This document shows, piece by piece, positions 50,602 to 64,000 of a DNA stretch of 64,000 nt. Where the stretch lies: NCBI GenBank assembly GCA_028534125.1, contig CM052817.1:61258001-61322000 (forward strand). The letters are read 5' to 3'. The position numbers were made by a program, and so were the translations under genes. The first letter of the stretch is position 1; the number at the start of each line of letters is the position of its first letter. The DNA comes from Lama glama (lineage: Eukaryota). The notes beneath the pieces are model-generated. The model saw nothing but the letters and a program-made list of their open reading frames with translations, was not told the DNA's origin and made no database searches.

Positions 50602-53152
50602 CAGTAATCTGCAAACTAGGGCACACAAAGACTTTTCATGGAGGGTGTGAAGATGGAAAGTTTTAAGGGAATCAGTTTCCTTATTTTCAACTTTCATATG
50701 TACTTTTCCTTAAAACTGATCTGCCTCAAGAAGTCCTGCCAATTTTCCTCTCCCACTTTCCCTTTCACTGTATAAAAGTGGGGTGAGCAGTTCAGCCATA
50801 CCGAATTTTACTGTGTACATCATGCCAGGGTGTAAAAATCTCTCAGAGTGCCAAATATGGGAAAGGCTCAAAATATTGCTGTCAGGAAGCCTCATTTAAG
50901 AAAAACACCATAAATCCATAGTAGGACTTTATATATCCCTGTTTTATTCGTATTTCTGTGCATGGTATTAGAAATAGAGGTTTTGGCCCAGGTTAAAATG
51001 TTCTGAATTTAGATATATTGTAGAGGAGAAGTAGCTAGAGGGACTTTTGTTTGTTTGTTTAAAGATAATTTTTCTCTCCCCTAATTATAGGCAACAAAAG
51101 CATAATTCATCTGAGGGACAGTGCAATCAAAACAAAGCAAAGAGAGCATCAGTAATGCATACCAAAGGTGACAGCACCTTACTTCAGCCAGGCCGTGAGT
51201 TCAGTTTTTTTTTTAACTCTTCTCCCCCAGTGATCTCATGCTTCACCCTACTTTAGCCATTAACTTCCAGAATCATAGACTATATCTTGTCATTTCCAGT
51301 AACTGCAACATCTCCACAGTCTCCCACCACTATCCACCCACCAGTAAATGTAGCTGTACACTCTGCTTTTCCGCCTGCTAGCACAGGTGATGCTATGGTA
51401 GAAGACCAACTCCTCCCACAGAGCCCACCTTCTCCCTCCCTACTCAAGAACTGGGAACCACAATCCCACCCCTTTCTACATCATCAACTTTTCGCTCTCT
51501 ACCAAATATTTCCTAATCAGTATCCAAACATGCTGTTGTTTTTCTCTCTCTTTAAAATAGCCTCTTTTAACCTCACTTACTCTGAAAACTACCATCCCTT
51601 TTTGCTCTCATTTCTAATAAGACTTCTCAAAAATTGTCTGTATTTGCTTTCCCGGACTCCTCTTCTCCAGCTCTCTCCTTAACCTAAGAAGTCCTACAAA
51701 ATTAGGCATTCACTCATCATTATACCAAAAATTATTGTAAAGTTCATTAATGACTCTCACAGTTACTAAATCTGATGATCAATTCTGCTTCATCTTACTT
51801 GAGCTATCAGCAGAATTTAATATGGTAATTTAACTTTTCCTCCTTGATATAAATTTTCCTCTTGGATTTAGTCTTGGTGTTCTTTCTCCCTCACTAGTCT
51901 CTCTTTCTCAGTCTCCTATGTTTTTTTCTTCCTCTTCACACCAACCTCAAAATCTTGGTCTGCCACATGGCTGTCCTTGACCCTCTATGTTCTCAACACA
52001 CATTCCCTTTGTGATCTCATTCAACCTCATGGCCTCAAATAACATGTTCTGTATTGCCAATGACTCTCAACTGTACGTTTCCATCCCAGTTCAATCTCCT
52101 GAACTTCAGACTTATCTATAAAAGTTGTGTTTTATATGTATATTTATTTATATCAAAAGCGCCAAGTCGTTCTTTTCTCCTTTCTTTCTCTCAGGTTGCA
52201 CATTCAATGCATCTAGAAATCTTGTAATTCACCTTCCAAAAAATCCATAATCAGACCACTTCTTACTAGCCTGTTCTAAGACACCACCATTTCTTACTTG
52301 AATTGTTCAACAGCCTCCTTAGAGGTCTCTCTACTTCTGCTTTTGCCACTAAACAGTCTATTCTCAACAAAGCAACCAGAATGATCCTTTAGAAATATTT
52401 TTATCTTTATGAGATGACGCATGTTCACCAAACCTATTGTGATAACCATTTCATGATGTATGTAAGTCAAATTATTATGCTGTACACCTAAAATATATAT
52501 GGTTCAGTATGCCCATTATATCTCAATAAGACTGGAAGAAAAATATAGTTTGGATCATGTTATTCCTGTCTTAAAACCCTCCAGTGCCCTCTCTCTCCAT
52601 CTTACTCAGAGTGAAAACCAAAGACATTATCATGGCTGCCAGGTCCCTCAGGCTCTGGCTTCCCATTGTTTCTCTGAATTCCTCTTCTGCTATTCCTGCC
52701 TCTGTTCCTCACCGTACTCCAGAAGCACTGGCACTGCTGAATGTGCCTAGCAAGCTCCCATATTAGAGTCTTTGCATAGGCTGTTTCCTTTGTCTGGAAT
52801 GATCTTCCCCCACTTGGCCAACTTCTTCCCTCTTTTACTGCATTGTTCAAATCTTATTAACACTACAAACTTCCTTTACTTTGCATTCCTGACCTCCCTT
52901 TTCCTCCTCTGCTTTTTCTTTTTTCATAGCACACATCACCTTCAAACATACTATTTAATTTTGTTACTATGCTTATTATCTCTTTCTAGATTGTGAACTC
53001 CTTGAAGGCAGGGTCTTGGTTTTTGTTTACTCATGTCTCTCCGCAAACATAGAATAGCACCTATCCATAGAAGCTTCTCAAAAAACAATTGTTGAATAAA
53101 TGAATAAAAATCCTTTAGGGGATATGCAAGCAAACAACTTTGAAAACCACTG
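50602..53152. mobile_element. Possible hAT/Charlie element split by an L2 insertion
   Basis: TIR-like ends cagtaatctgcaaact and aactttgaaaaccactg; no convincing TSD. Confidence 0.35.
51290..53106 (+). mobile_element. L2 LINE (about 1.8 kb) with a nested L1MC 3' end at about 52400-52545
   Basis: Pyrimidine-rich L2 body ending tagattgtgaactccttgaaggcagg ... tgttgaataaatgaa. Confidence 0.8.
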
Positions 53153-54819
53153 GTATGAATGATTTTCAATTTCACAAGGGAACTGTAAGTTCAAATGAGA
53201 TGTGTCTAAATGAAAACCTTAACCTCAAATTATGGTTTCATTTTTTAAAAACTCAACAGTGTTAAATTTGGAAACTGTTTCAAGTCATTTTGTAAAATAT
53301 AAGTCTAGTGAGCACTAAAAGATATAGACTATTTTTCAACTCAGAGCAATGAGGAACTGTTACCTAATTCATGACCACCTTAAAATAGAACATTCTCTGT
53401 AAGTCTGCTTTGGGAATAGAATAGGAAACTTCCCTGGAAAGTTTCATATTTTGTGGTTTTATATATATATATATTTTTTTTTTTAAAGACAAATTCAAGA
53501 AATGATTTATTGCCTTAGTTTTTAAAATGCCAATCTTTAGTATTTTTTTGGTTAACTATGAATTCTGTCAGTAAGAGCCAATGCAGTGCCTGTCTTTTTT
53601 AAAAAGACAGAGGCTCTTTAGAAATTATAAAGTTAAGAGTTTAATGCCTATTCCTTCCAAATGCCCCTTAGGAACTGTAGGTTTAAAAGTTCAACAACTC
53701 TTCCCACCAAAGAGCTAAATTTAATCATTAGGATATCAACTGGCAGACACATTAGGAACAACAGAATAATCAGCAGGGTGGCTTTGTGAAGAAATAGCCT
53801 GCGGGACCAATCTAGCTTTTTTGCAGACCAGAATGACAGAACTAGTTAGAATAGGTAAAGTTTATTTTGACTTGAATAGGATCACCATTGGAATGGAAAT
53901 CATGATCCCAGGAAAATACACTCTGGCATGAGTGTCCACCCCTTCTTTCCGGGATTTTCTAGCCAGACTGTATGTGAGCCTTCTGCACAAACTTGTTCTT
54001 GTGGTTATGGTAAGAGTTTTGTTGGAGACAGCTTGTAGCCACAGCTTGGTGGCACACAAAAGGAGCGAGCTACTTCAACAAACCATGCTGCGGAGCAGGC
54101 CAGCATACACCAAAACCAAATGGCAAAAGCCCACGATTGGCCATTTCTGGTCTGTCTACAGAAGGCAAAGAAAATTCTTGAGGAACAAACTTAGCGCAGC
54201 AGCCATGCAGGTCAACGCCCCAAGCAGAGCATTCATGTGTGTGTTCCCGAAAGATTGCCTAGCTGATATTATTGTTCAAATGGAAATATTTCCGTAGCAA
54301 AAAAAGTCCTCAAAGGTAGCATTGCCCCAGGTGCCAAATATTTTGTAGCGTTTCTGTTGAATCTAGTTGATTTTTCATATTTTATTTGATGGTCACATTA
54401 ATGGAATATCAAGCATATAAGTTAAAGTCACAGGTAATTTCAAAATTAGAATAATATTTGCCACAGCAATAAGATATTTTGTCCTAGCCAGAAAAACATG
54501 GAATTCAGTTTAAAGATTTATGTTCATAAAGTAACCCAAATATGGAAGAAGAAAAAATACACTAAATTTAAGAATGTGTGGCTTAGCTGAGAAGAAGACA
54601 GTTATCACAGAGAACACAAATAATAGTGTGGTAAAAGTGCACAATATTTAGAAGTGGATATGATACAGGATCTTAAGGGCTTAGTTTTGAAAGAGAAAAA
54701 AATTACTCTCAACTCTGGTACATATATTAAAGTGTCTTGTATACAATTTATGAGAGACATGAAAAACTTTGAATTCACAGGCATGAATTAACATGATTAA
54801 GGGTTTGCAAATGGGTGAT

Positions 54820-55090
54820 ACAGGTGAAATGGAAGTGGTCATTACCGAGTAGCAGGGAAGACTGTGGAATGACCTCAGTCTTCTAACTTATAAAGGAATA
54901 TTATGCAGATGGTGACCAGCTGTTATCCATCTCCACTGAGGACTGAATTAGAGGAAATGGGTCTAAATTTGGCTTGGGGGATTTAGGTTAAATGTGAAGA
55001 ATAGTTTCCTGACAGCAAAGGTTGTAAAGTGCTAAACAAATTCCTGAGAGGCATTATAGAATCTCCCTCCTTGGATCTGTCTTAAGAACA
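54820..55090 (+). mobile_element. CR1/L3 3' fragment
   Basis: gaccagctgttatccatctccactgaggac ... agaggaaatgggtctaaa ... gaatctccctccttgga. Confidence 0.65.
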
Positions 55091-56609
55091 AAAAGTGCTT
55101 TACCATCTGCCAGCAATGAGTGCAGTGTAGATTTGCAGAGAATAAGCAAGAACGTAAACTCCTTTATGATACGATCAGATGTGATATTTCCACCCAAGCA
55201 GATTTCCATGTATTTTTGTTTGGGAGGGGGGCAATTTTTGATTTGATTTTGGTTTGTTTTTTGATGTGCAAGGTCTTCTTAGTGGTTGGGAGTTATACTT
55301 ACATCAATACATTTTTCTACAGAAGGTAAAAACATTTCCCTCCACTTCATGTAAAAATATATGTGGCTCATTTTCACCAGTGTCTAAAAGTAATTCGGCC
55401 TTGTTGGATTTCTAGACAATTAAATACTGCCTTATTCATCACTCAGGGGGAGATGTTATGAGACCTGGCAGTTTTAGCCCCAGCATTTTTATCACCCTGT
55501 AGCTAGAGCACTGTTTCTGGGAGACCCTAAATCAATCTGTTTTCATATTCTAACTGCCAACAAAACAGAAGTTTGAGAGTGACTCAGAGCATTATAAGAA
55601 CAATGGTGTTTTATCTGCACATCGCATGTATTTAAGCCTTTATTTTTCATTAGGAACAAAAATAAAACCTGTTTTATGTTCCTGGGCATAAGAATTTAGC
55701 TCTGTGCATCTGCTCTTACATGAGTAAAGCAGACAAGGTAAGTGTATATGAGGCTTACTGGTCATGCATTGTATGTAGGAAAAACTAAACATTTAATGTC
55801 AGATTCTGAATTTCCTAATGAGGCAATATATAGTGGCTATAGTTGCTTCTATTTTTACAAACAAGTTTTTGTGTAATTTACAACATTCATGGGGGACTGT
55901 TTTTTGCTTATGTAAAAATGTCATGTTTAATATTGGCTATTAGAACATTCCATACCTATTACCTTATTAATGCCTTTGAGAACCTAATAAGTTCCTATTT
56001 TATTAAGTGTATTCCAGATAAATCAAATAATTCATCATGGTCCCATGGTTAGTAATTGGAGAAGCCAGAACTGTATCTCAGAAACTCCATGCGTGGAAGT
56101 TTACCCAGAACGCTTTGTCTCATGGAATACATTCTCTACCACTAAACTTGACAAAACTAATGCTGCTTCTTCCCTTGTCCTTCCCTCCTTTCTAATCAGA
56201 AGACCATAGCATCAATTCTGTCATAATCCTGCCAAAAATACCTGAATTTAATTATGAGGAAAGACTTTCTTTCTTAATGCAGGATATTTTACAAAATAAC
56301 TGGCCTTAATATTCAAAAGTGTTAATGCCATGAAAGTCAAGGAAAACTTGGGATTGGCTCCAGATTAAAAGAACCTAAAGAGACATAACAACCAAAGCAA
56401 CATAAGATTCTGGGCTGCGTTTTTTGCTATAAATAATATTATGAAGTTAAAGTATTTTGATGTCTGAAGGGGGAAAGAGGTTCTTAGTGGATATAGACAT
56501 ATAGTTATACATTAGTAATACTTCCTCAGGGGTACCTAAATGCCTCTGTTATATGCCATGGATAGGGGTCAAAATTTAGAACAATGTCTCTAATCTCTAA
56601 TGTCCATTC

Positions 56610-56957
56610 TTTTCACAAATGTTTATGTAGTGAATCGTCTTGGGAGATAGAGATGCGGTCTCTTCTGGAGCAAAAACCAGTCATGCTTTCTGCTCATCAT
56701 AAAAGATTCAGGTTATTTTCCTGGAACGCGACCCATTGCATGTGCAGGTGTCATCTGGCCCTCTTTCTGCTGCCCTATAGAAGCTGAGGCTCAGGGACCA
56801 GCACAAAAATGCTGATTCTCTGGCTACTGCTATTGATGAGAGTAATAAACTGTCCTTCATCTCTGAGCCAGGAATCTCACATCTCCTAACAGCACCCATG
56901 AACTGTCAGGTTAACTTGTGAGTAGGGTCGATCTCATACGTTTTGCAGTTTTTGACA
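56610..56957 (+). mobile_element. LTR40-like ERVL LTR (3' part)
   Basis: ctggctactgctattgatgagagtaataaactgtccttcatctctgagccagga ... ttttgaca terminus. Confidence 0.65.
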
Positions 56958-58082
56958 TACCCTGTCCCCATACAGACTAATTTGTAAAGTGAACCACTAC
57001 CAACCATGCCGTTTAAAACAACAGAGGGAAGGAAACAAGGAAAAATATATATATAATTGGTTATACATACACATAAAACATATATGGTAAGGCAAGGTGA
57101 AACATGGATAACTGCCACAACTCCCCATTGCTGCAACTGGTCAGTGGCCAAAACTTACGTTTGTAAGACTTCTTTTTCCAATATCCATTCTATAGTCTTC
57201 TTTCACTTGGTTGCACTCTGTTGGTCTAAGTTCTTTATTAATCAAATGTGAGGACCCAGTAATACATTGTGGTATATTTATACAATGGAATATGTATCTC
57301 AAAATGCATGAATCTCAAAAATATAAACGTTAATGATAAAGTAAGTCACAAAAGACTGCACATAGTATGGTATCATTTACACAAAAATTAAGCTATATTT
57401 TTAGGGGTAATATATATGTAGCAAAACTATAATGACAAGAAAGGAAGTGACAGAAATCATAAACATGAAAATCAGAACAACATTGCCTCTGGGAAAAAGG
57501 AAATTTGTTCACATAGCCTTCAAGAGCCAGATAATGTTCTATTTGTTGAGATGTATGGTGTGAACAGATATTTATTTTATTAATATCTTATAATATATGT
57601 ATTTGTTGAACATGCAAGTGATATTCAAAGCCTTTCTTTCTTCCCTAGCCCCAGAAAATAAAGGTAAAACAATAGCTCCTTTTAATGTACTTGCCATTTT
57701 CTTCCTCTCTTATCTTGTTGACTATATTAATATATAAATAAAATTAATTTTTTTAAAATACAAAAAAAAATCTTTTTCAAGCACACCACTTCTCCTTATA
57801 GATCTGGAGCTCATTTGAAATCTCCTTGAGAGAACTGTTGATTTATTTTAGTGTTTTTCTTATTTATTCCTTCCTGGGTACCCTCTTCTTCACTGGATAG
57901 TAAACAACCAGCAGGTGGTAACTATTAAGATTTAAACAGAATTAGCAGAAATGCCAGACAGCTTTCAGGTGGTACATATTAAGGTATAAACAGAATAAGT
58001 AGTAATGACAGGAACGTGGGTCCTCATCTTAGCTTGTACTCTCCCAAGTTTTATTTTTGTTTCCTTTTTCCCTTTTTGACAC

Positions 58083-58100
58083 AGAGCCACCTGCTGGCAG
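58083..58100 (-). promoter_or_regulatory. CTCF motif
   Basis: Minus strand reads ctgccagcaggtggctct. Confidence 0.5.
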
Positions 58101-58249
58101 CAGGGTGCTAGTTAACCTTAAAAATATTTTGGAATGCAATTAGATTCACGCGCACGGGAAACGTAGTTGATGAGGCTGTACCTTAAAATGTTTTATAGGT
58201 TTTACCGACAGTGAGCCTGTTAATGATAGTGAAAATGTTAATGTTAAAA

Positions 58250-59330
58250 TGTGCCACGTGGCTGAGGAAAGGGTTTTTTTTTTTTTAAGCTGAGGAAGAC
58301 TAGATCAAATCGAAATGTGGACGGAAAAACATCACGAGGAGTAGAGGTTGAAAACACAGGTGAGGAAGGAGATTCCGTCTGTAAGTTATTTGAAAGGCAA
58401 GAGAAGAAAGATTCCTGGACACAGATGGAAAACTGGTCAAGACAAGAGAAGAGGATTCTCCTCAGATGCATCAGGCAAGAATGTGGAGAGAGGCAGGAGT
58501 TGGGAGGTAACAGGGAGTTGGTTGTTTCTATATTATTTGGGCTGAAAGGGAAGATAACAAGCATTTAGGAGACTAGAGGAATGAGAAATAGTTAAGCAAA
58601 TAAAAGCAAGTTGTCCAGGGAAGCATACTAGGATTTCAGGGCCATGCTGAGAGTCCAGTTGAGGTTGGGGATCATAAATTTCTGGTGGTACTGATACGCC
58701 CTGTCTTGTGAGTGTTTTCATAATTGTTCTGTTGTCCAGATAAATATATGGAGAAAGGAAAGAGGTGGGATCACACTGGAAGGGTTCTTGCCAAAGAAAC
58801 AAGGTAGTTTATGGCATTGACAAAATTGTTCTTAAAATTATAGACCATGGAAAATGAACGGAATGGGAAGAAAATTAAACACAGAGGGGAAGATATCCAT
58901 CTGGGACTGGTCCCTTATTGGAGAGTCCAAAGAGGTCAAAAAATTGCCATATGGGAGTAGTTGAAGACGTAGGCCAGAAAAATGAGAGACAAGGATGAGC
59001 GTGCTCAGTGTCTAAGTCTTTGATTTGGAATATCAATGATTTTGTTGCGTAAAAGATTCAGTGTGTGATTGTGAGAAGAGGTGGCTGAGATGGACTAGAA
59101 AAGGCCATAGAGATGAGGAGGGTAAGGAAATGAAAGGACACTGTGGATACTGAAGCCACGTACAGTGATGGCAGGAATGAGGACAGAGAGAAGACTGTAA
59201 GGCTGGTGCCAAAGTTTTTGATGAACAACAGAGAGCGGTCAAGTGATTGATGACAATGACAAGGAAAATGAGCAGGCCATAGAGGATAAAGATCTTGGAG
59301 ATGAAATGAGGAGCAGAAAGGATTCCAATC
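58250..59330 (-). mobile_element. Old L2-like LINE fragments
   Basis: Purine-rich diverged text typical of antisense L2. Confidence 0.4.
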
Positions 59331-59664
59331 TTGCCTCTAGAGAGTGAAGTTTCTAAGGTTTGGAAGAATCACACCCGTCACTCTGCTGGGCTTCTAGGGA
59401 GCAGCAGAGCTGCGATAAGTCAGGTGGAGACAATGTTCGGAGAAGAGGAGTTTGTGCCCATGGGAGAGCGGCAGTCTCAGGGGCTCCACGATTGGGGAGG
59501 TGGGAGGTGGTGGTGGAAGGGAGGGCAAATAATTTACTGCCAGTAGTCTGCTCAGTGTCCTTTCCTGAAGGAGTTTTCTTAAATTGAAGAACCAGGTTGA
59601 GGCCATTTCTATTAAACATTTACTGTTACTGAAATAAGAATGTATTATAAATTTTTTAAAAAGT

Positions 59665-59790
59665 GGGAGGAGGGTACAGTTCAAGTGGCAGAGTGCATGC
59701 TTAGCATGCAGGAGGTCCTGGGTTCAATCCCCGGTAATAAATAAATAAATAAACCTAATTATTCCCCCCCCCCTGAAAAAATAAGGAAAA
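59665..59790 (+). mobile_element. tRNA-derived SINE (camelid type)
   Basis: gggaggagggtacagttcaagtggcagagtgcatgcttagcatgcaggaggtcctgggttcaatcccc with (taaa)n tail. Confidence 0.9.
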
Positions 59791-60830
59791 ATAATTTTTA
59801 ATGTATTGCTCTCTAGAAACCAGTAGCTCATATGGAACATACAGCAAGTCTGAACTCATTTCCTCATTCATAAAATGGACATGATTATCCCACAGATTTA
59901 TAATGTAATTTAATTATATATATACACCTACAATACAGTATCATTAAAAATAATTGGCATTGCAAAAATAATACTTACAACGGAATATAAAATGGATAGA
60001 AAAATAAAATCAGGGCAAGAAAAAGTAGGACAGTGGGATAAAAGCAAAGATGAAGCTAATTCTTGGAAAGCTTAAGTTCTTACGCTTGATTCCTTGATTT
60101 CCTAGAAGTAAATATGAGGAATTCAAAATTATGTCCATAAGATTTAAATATTCTGGTTGATTAGATCAAACACAACTTTTCCTAGTGCTGGGGATTAAAA
60201 TGTCTCTCAGAGGATCTCATCAAACTGAATTCTCTTATAGTTAGAATTTTCAACACTATCCCCACAATAAATGCTGTAACAGGAACACTTGTGAGCACTG
60301 CGTGACCACTATATGAGAATTTATGACTAGAAATCAAGTTGCTGCCACGAGATAAAGAGTAATACCTTTTTTATGAAACTCAAGCCTTTAGATTAGCTTT
60401 TTCTAATTGTGAACAAATGGTTTTTAGCTTTTTAATCAAAATAACTTTAAATTTGAGAAGTAAAGAGATTTAAATAAAAGAACTGCAGGGGAGGGCGTAG
60501 GGAGAGAGAAACCCACAACACAGTAACTTAGACAATTTCTTATATAGGATTTAAATTTTTTAAAAAATTCATTGTTATTTAAAACTAGGAAGTATCCTTC
60601 CCAAATTGTATTCCACGTATTATCTCATTTAGTCCTCACTCTGGAATGCCTGCGGGGCTCACATGAACATTGCCCACTGCTGATCTGCTGTCTCTGTGCT
60701 CTCCAGCACATCTGTCACTGCAGCCTGAATTGTCTGATATTGCTGACTGTTTGCTGAGCAGAAATTATAGCACCCCAGGAAAGCAGGCTGGCTTATGACA
60801 TTAGAGCTCCTTTTCCAGTACTGTTTTCTT

Positions 60831-61744
60831 TTTCTTTTTTTAAATTTTATGTGTGTATATATACATTATTGAAGTATAGTCAGTTTACAATGTTGTGTCC
60901 ATTTCTGGTGTATAGCGTAATGCTTCAGTCATACATGAACATACATATATTTGTTTTCATATTCTTTTTCACCATAAGTTACTATAAGATATTGAATATA
61001 ATTTCCTGTGTTATGCAGCATGAACTTGTTATTTATCTATTTTATATATATTAGTATCTGCAAATCTTGACAGCAGTGTAGGAGGGTTCCCTTTTCTCCA
61101 CACCCTCTCCAGCATTTATCATTCGTGGACTTTTGAATGATGGCCATTCTGACTGGTGTGAGGTGATATCTCATGGTAGTTTTTATTTGCATTTCTTTGA
61201 TAATTATTTGCATTTTCTCTGGTATTGAGCATTTTTTTCACATGCCTATTGGCCATTTGTATGTCTTCATTGGAGAATTGCTTGTTTAGGTCTTCTGCCC
61301 GTTTCTGGATTGGGTTGTTTGTTTTTTTGTTAAGTTGTATGAGTTGTCTATATATTCTGGAAGTTAAGCCCTTGTCAGTCTCATTTTTTGCAAATATTTT
61401 CTCCCATTCCATAGGTTGTCTTTTTGTTTTGCTTATGGTTTGGTTTGCTGTGCAAAAGCGTGTAAGTTTAATTAGGCCCCATTTGTTTATTTTTGCTTTT
61501 ATTTCTATTGCCTGGGTAGACTGCCCTAGGAGAACATTGCTAAGATTTATGTCAGATAATGTTTTGCCTATGTTTTTTTCTAAGAGGTTTATAGAGTTTT
61601 GTCTTATGGTTAAGTCTTTAAGCCATTGTGAGTTTATTTTTGTGTATGGTGTGAGGGAGTGTTCTAACTTCATTGATCTACATGCAACGGTCCAGTTTTC
61701 CCAACACCATTTGCTGAAGATACTTGTCTTTACTCCATTGTATG
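60831..61744 (-). mobile_element. 5'-truncated lineage-specific L1
   Basis: ORF2 C-terminal remnant (KWCWENW ... WEKIFA); perfect 17-bp TSD tccagtactgttttctt (60814-60830, 61745-61761) at a TT/AAGA target. Confidence 0.95.
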
Positions 61745-64000
61745 TCCAGTACTGTTTTCTTAACCAGGTTCCTTTGATGCTCAGTTCAGTACCCACCCAT
61801 CTGCCTCTTCCTGATTGTGATAACAGACCAGTTTCTGAGTAAGAGATCAAGGAGGTTGTGTGATATGTTCATATGTGTCTGTGTGCTGTTTGAATGTGTC
61901 TACATTTTAGCATACTGTCTAGCATAAAGGAAAGAGGAGCTCAACACAGTAAATAAATGAACTTTAATTTTAAAGAAATAGAAGTGGCTAAAGACATTTT
62001 ATTCCTGGTTTAAGAAAACCCCTGCATAAATATCTCTGCTGTTTTCCAATTACACACAAAATTATTGTAAATAAAAATCTACTGGTTTTCATCAAAATTA
62101 TGCTCTCTTGTGGATACTTAGGAAATCTTAGAGGCATATATAGAAATATTGGCACAATTGAATTTATAGAAATGCTGCTTTACTTTTAGTAGGAAAAATT
62201 GAGAATCAGAAAACCTTGGTTCTAATGAAAGTTTATCTCTACTTATATGACATGTCACTTAATATTTCTGAATCTGTCTCCTTATCTGTAAAATAGAACT
62301 TACAGTATATTGCTTACTTTTATCAATAGAATTGCTGTTAAAATCATAGCCCAAAAGATAATTTGGAAGCTCTGATATGAAACATAAAAAAAGGCATTAG
62401 GAGGAAAAACAGTGCTGATAATGTTTTTTCAAGAACATTTGTCTTTAGGACATTAAAAGTTGCTTCACTAGTAGAAAAATATGGAATATAAATTTATCAT
62501 AACAACATAAAATGGAATGAAGAATTCAAGTAAGGAAAGCTTGGACAGTCCTAATACTAGAAATTGTTTCAGTTATCTCTATCTTTCTATCTGCAGGCTT
62601 AGGGCTTGCATTCATTCAACAAATACTTATGGAACAGCTACTATTTGAGACTCCAGTGATTTGCAGTTTATAGTTTGCCTGTTATATCCACTAACAGAAG
62701 TTTTATACAGACAGAGTTAAAGAAACATATTGTAACCATGTGGCTGCATCATGTCCAAAACCTAATCTTCATAAAACCATAAAATCCCTCCATTCAATGA
62801 ATTATATTAGTTATTCAGTCCTGTAGTTTGTGGTTGGTAACCAGATAAGTCAATATTAGACTCCTGCACTTACAGCTTTTGGATTATGTTGTGATGCTCA
62901 TAGTTAACACCACATGGCATTTCTTCACTGTTATCCAAGTTGTACTTCATTAGGAGATGTTAAAACCTTCCATTCTTAAACCTAGGTTTTAAAAAATTCC
63001 TTTATGATATCTAAGTATTCAAATATTATCTATGTGTTGACTACGATTTAGTCTGGAAAATATATTAAACCGTGATTTTATTTTGAATAATAATAGATAA
63101 TAAATTTATTCTCTTTTCCAAAATGTTATTTTGGTTCATGCTTTAAACAAAAATATGTGGTATTAAGACTGTAAAGATTTTGGTCTTACCATAGTATTTC
63201 ACATCATTTAAAACCTGCAATTTCCCTTTTTAATTAAGGCTAAAGTTAGAAGAAACCATAAAACAGAAAACTATTGGAGTTTAGTTTTCTCATATTACTA
63301 GAAAAATGTGAAACATATGATTTTAATTTTTAGTATATTATAATCTATTTTCAGAATATTGGAGGTTTTTGGTTAAATAATTTCAGTGATCTATTATATA
63401 TACATAAGCACACAGATGTACACTCATATATATAAAAGAAATAGAATTTCAACTGACATTTACATTTCCCTATTCTGCAATGACTCTCAAAATAGCTAAA
63501 TGATTTTGACTAAATTTAGTATACTTCTAATGAGTATAATAATAGATATAAAGTTTAATTTGTATTTCTCTGCCATTTGAAACACAATCAGTCATAAAAA
63601 TATTCAAGCAGCTATGTTTTCTATGACCACAAAGACAGAGCTGACACCTGCTGACCCTTTCCTGGCACACCCAATATTACATGTAATATTTTGGATAGAT
63701 GGCACAGAAATAACATTTCCTTATCTTCCAGGCAGTAACTTTTCCCTTTATTGAAGATCTTCTTGTTTCTAAAAGCCAAACTTGATTAGGAGATGTGCTG
63801 ATTCAGCTAGCTCTGGTTCCTACTTTATTATTTGTTCTACAGATTTCGTGACTCATTCCAGGCATCTAGTTTGATGTTGTTGATGGACACGATTACCCTT
63901 TTGAATACATCAGGGCCTTTGTAAGGAATATTCTGCATCTAGTTTGTCATTCTCTGGGAACCAGAGAAGATATAGATGTTTTACATATGGCTTTAAGCAG

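Noticed and set aside
61119..61850. 243-aa and 205-aa ORFs
   Set aside because: L1 ORF2 remnant and its antisense frame; truncated and frameshifted, not a host gene.
63843..63920. Plus-strand 78-bp exon-like segment with one open frame
   Set aside because: Weak donor context (TTT|gtaagg) and no recognisable protein; unsupported without transcript data.
1..64000. Prokaryotic-type systems (CRISPR arrays, operons, defence islands)
   Set aside because: The sequence is mammalian and I saw no regularly spaced repeat-spacer array.

Overview
Mammalian genomic DNA, probably camelid (alpaca/camel) judging by the tRNA-derived SINEs and L1 3' ends. There is one 500-N gap at 5032-5531. The only gene I can support is an intact minus-strand HPGDS (hematopoietic prostaglandin D synthase, sigma-class GST), which the ORF track misses because it is spliced. 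Five GT-AG coding exons (21597-21729, 14739-14831, 12708-12817, 8586-8684, 3553-3717) total 600 nt, i.e. 199 aa plus TAG. A probable non-coding exon 1 and promoter lie at about 28270-28530. The rest is introns and about 35 kb of upstream intergenic DNA rich in transposable elements (L1, L2, CR1/L3, MIR, SINEs, solo LTRs, Tigger, hAT). I see no convincing new biological system. The best leads are a SINE-LTR-polyA chimeric retroposon with one TSD, two convergent CpG-rich solo LTRs in HPGDS intron 1, candidate upstream exons in frame with the HPGDS ATG, an inverted repeat framing the TATA-like box, and a convergent CTCF motif pair. Repeat family names come from memory of consensus sequences, and boundaries without TSDs are approximate.
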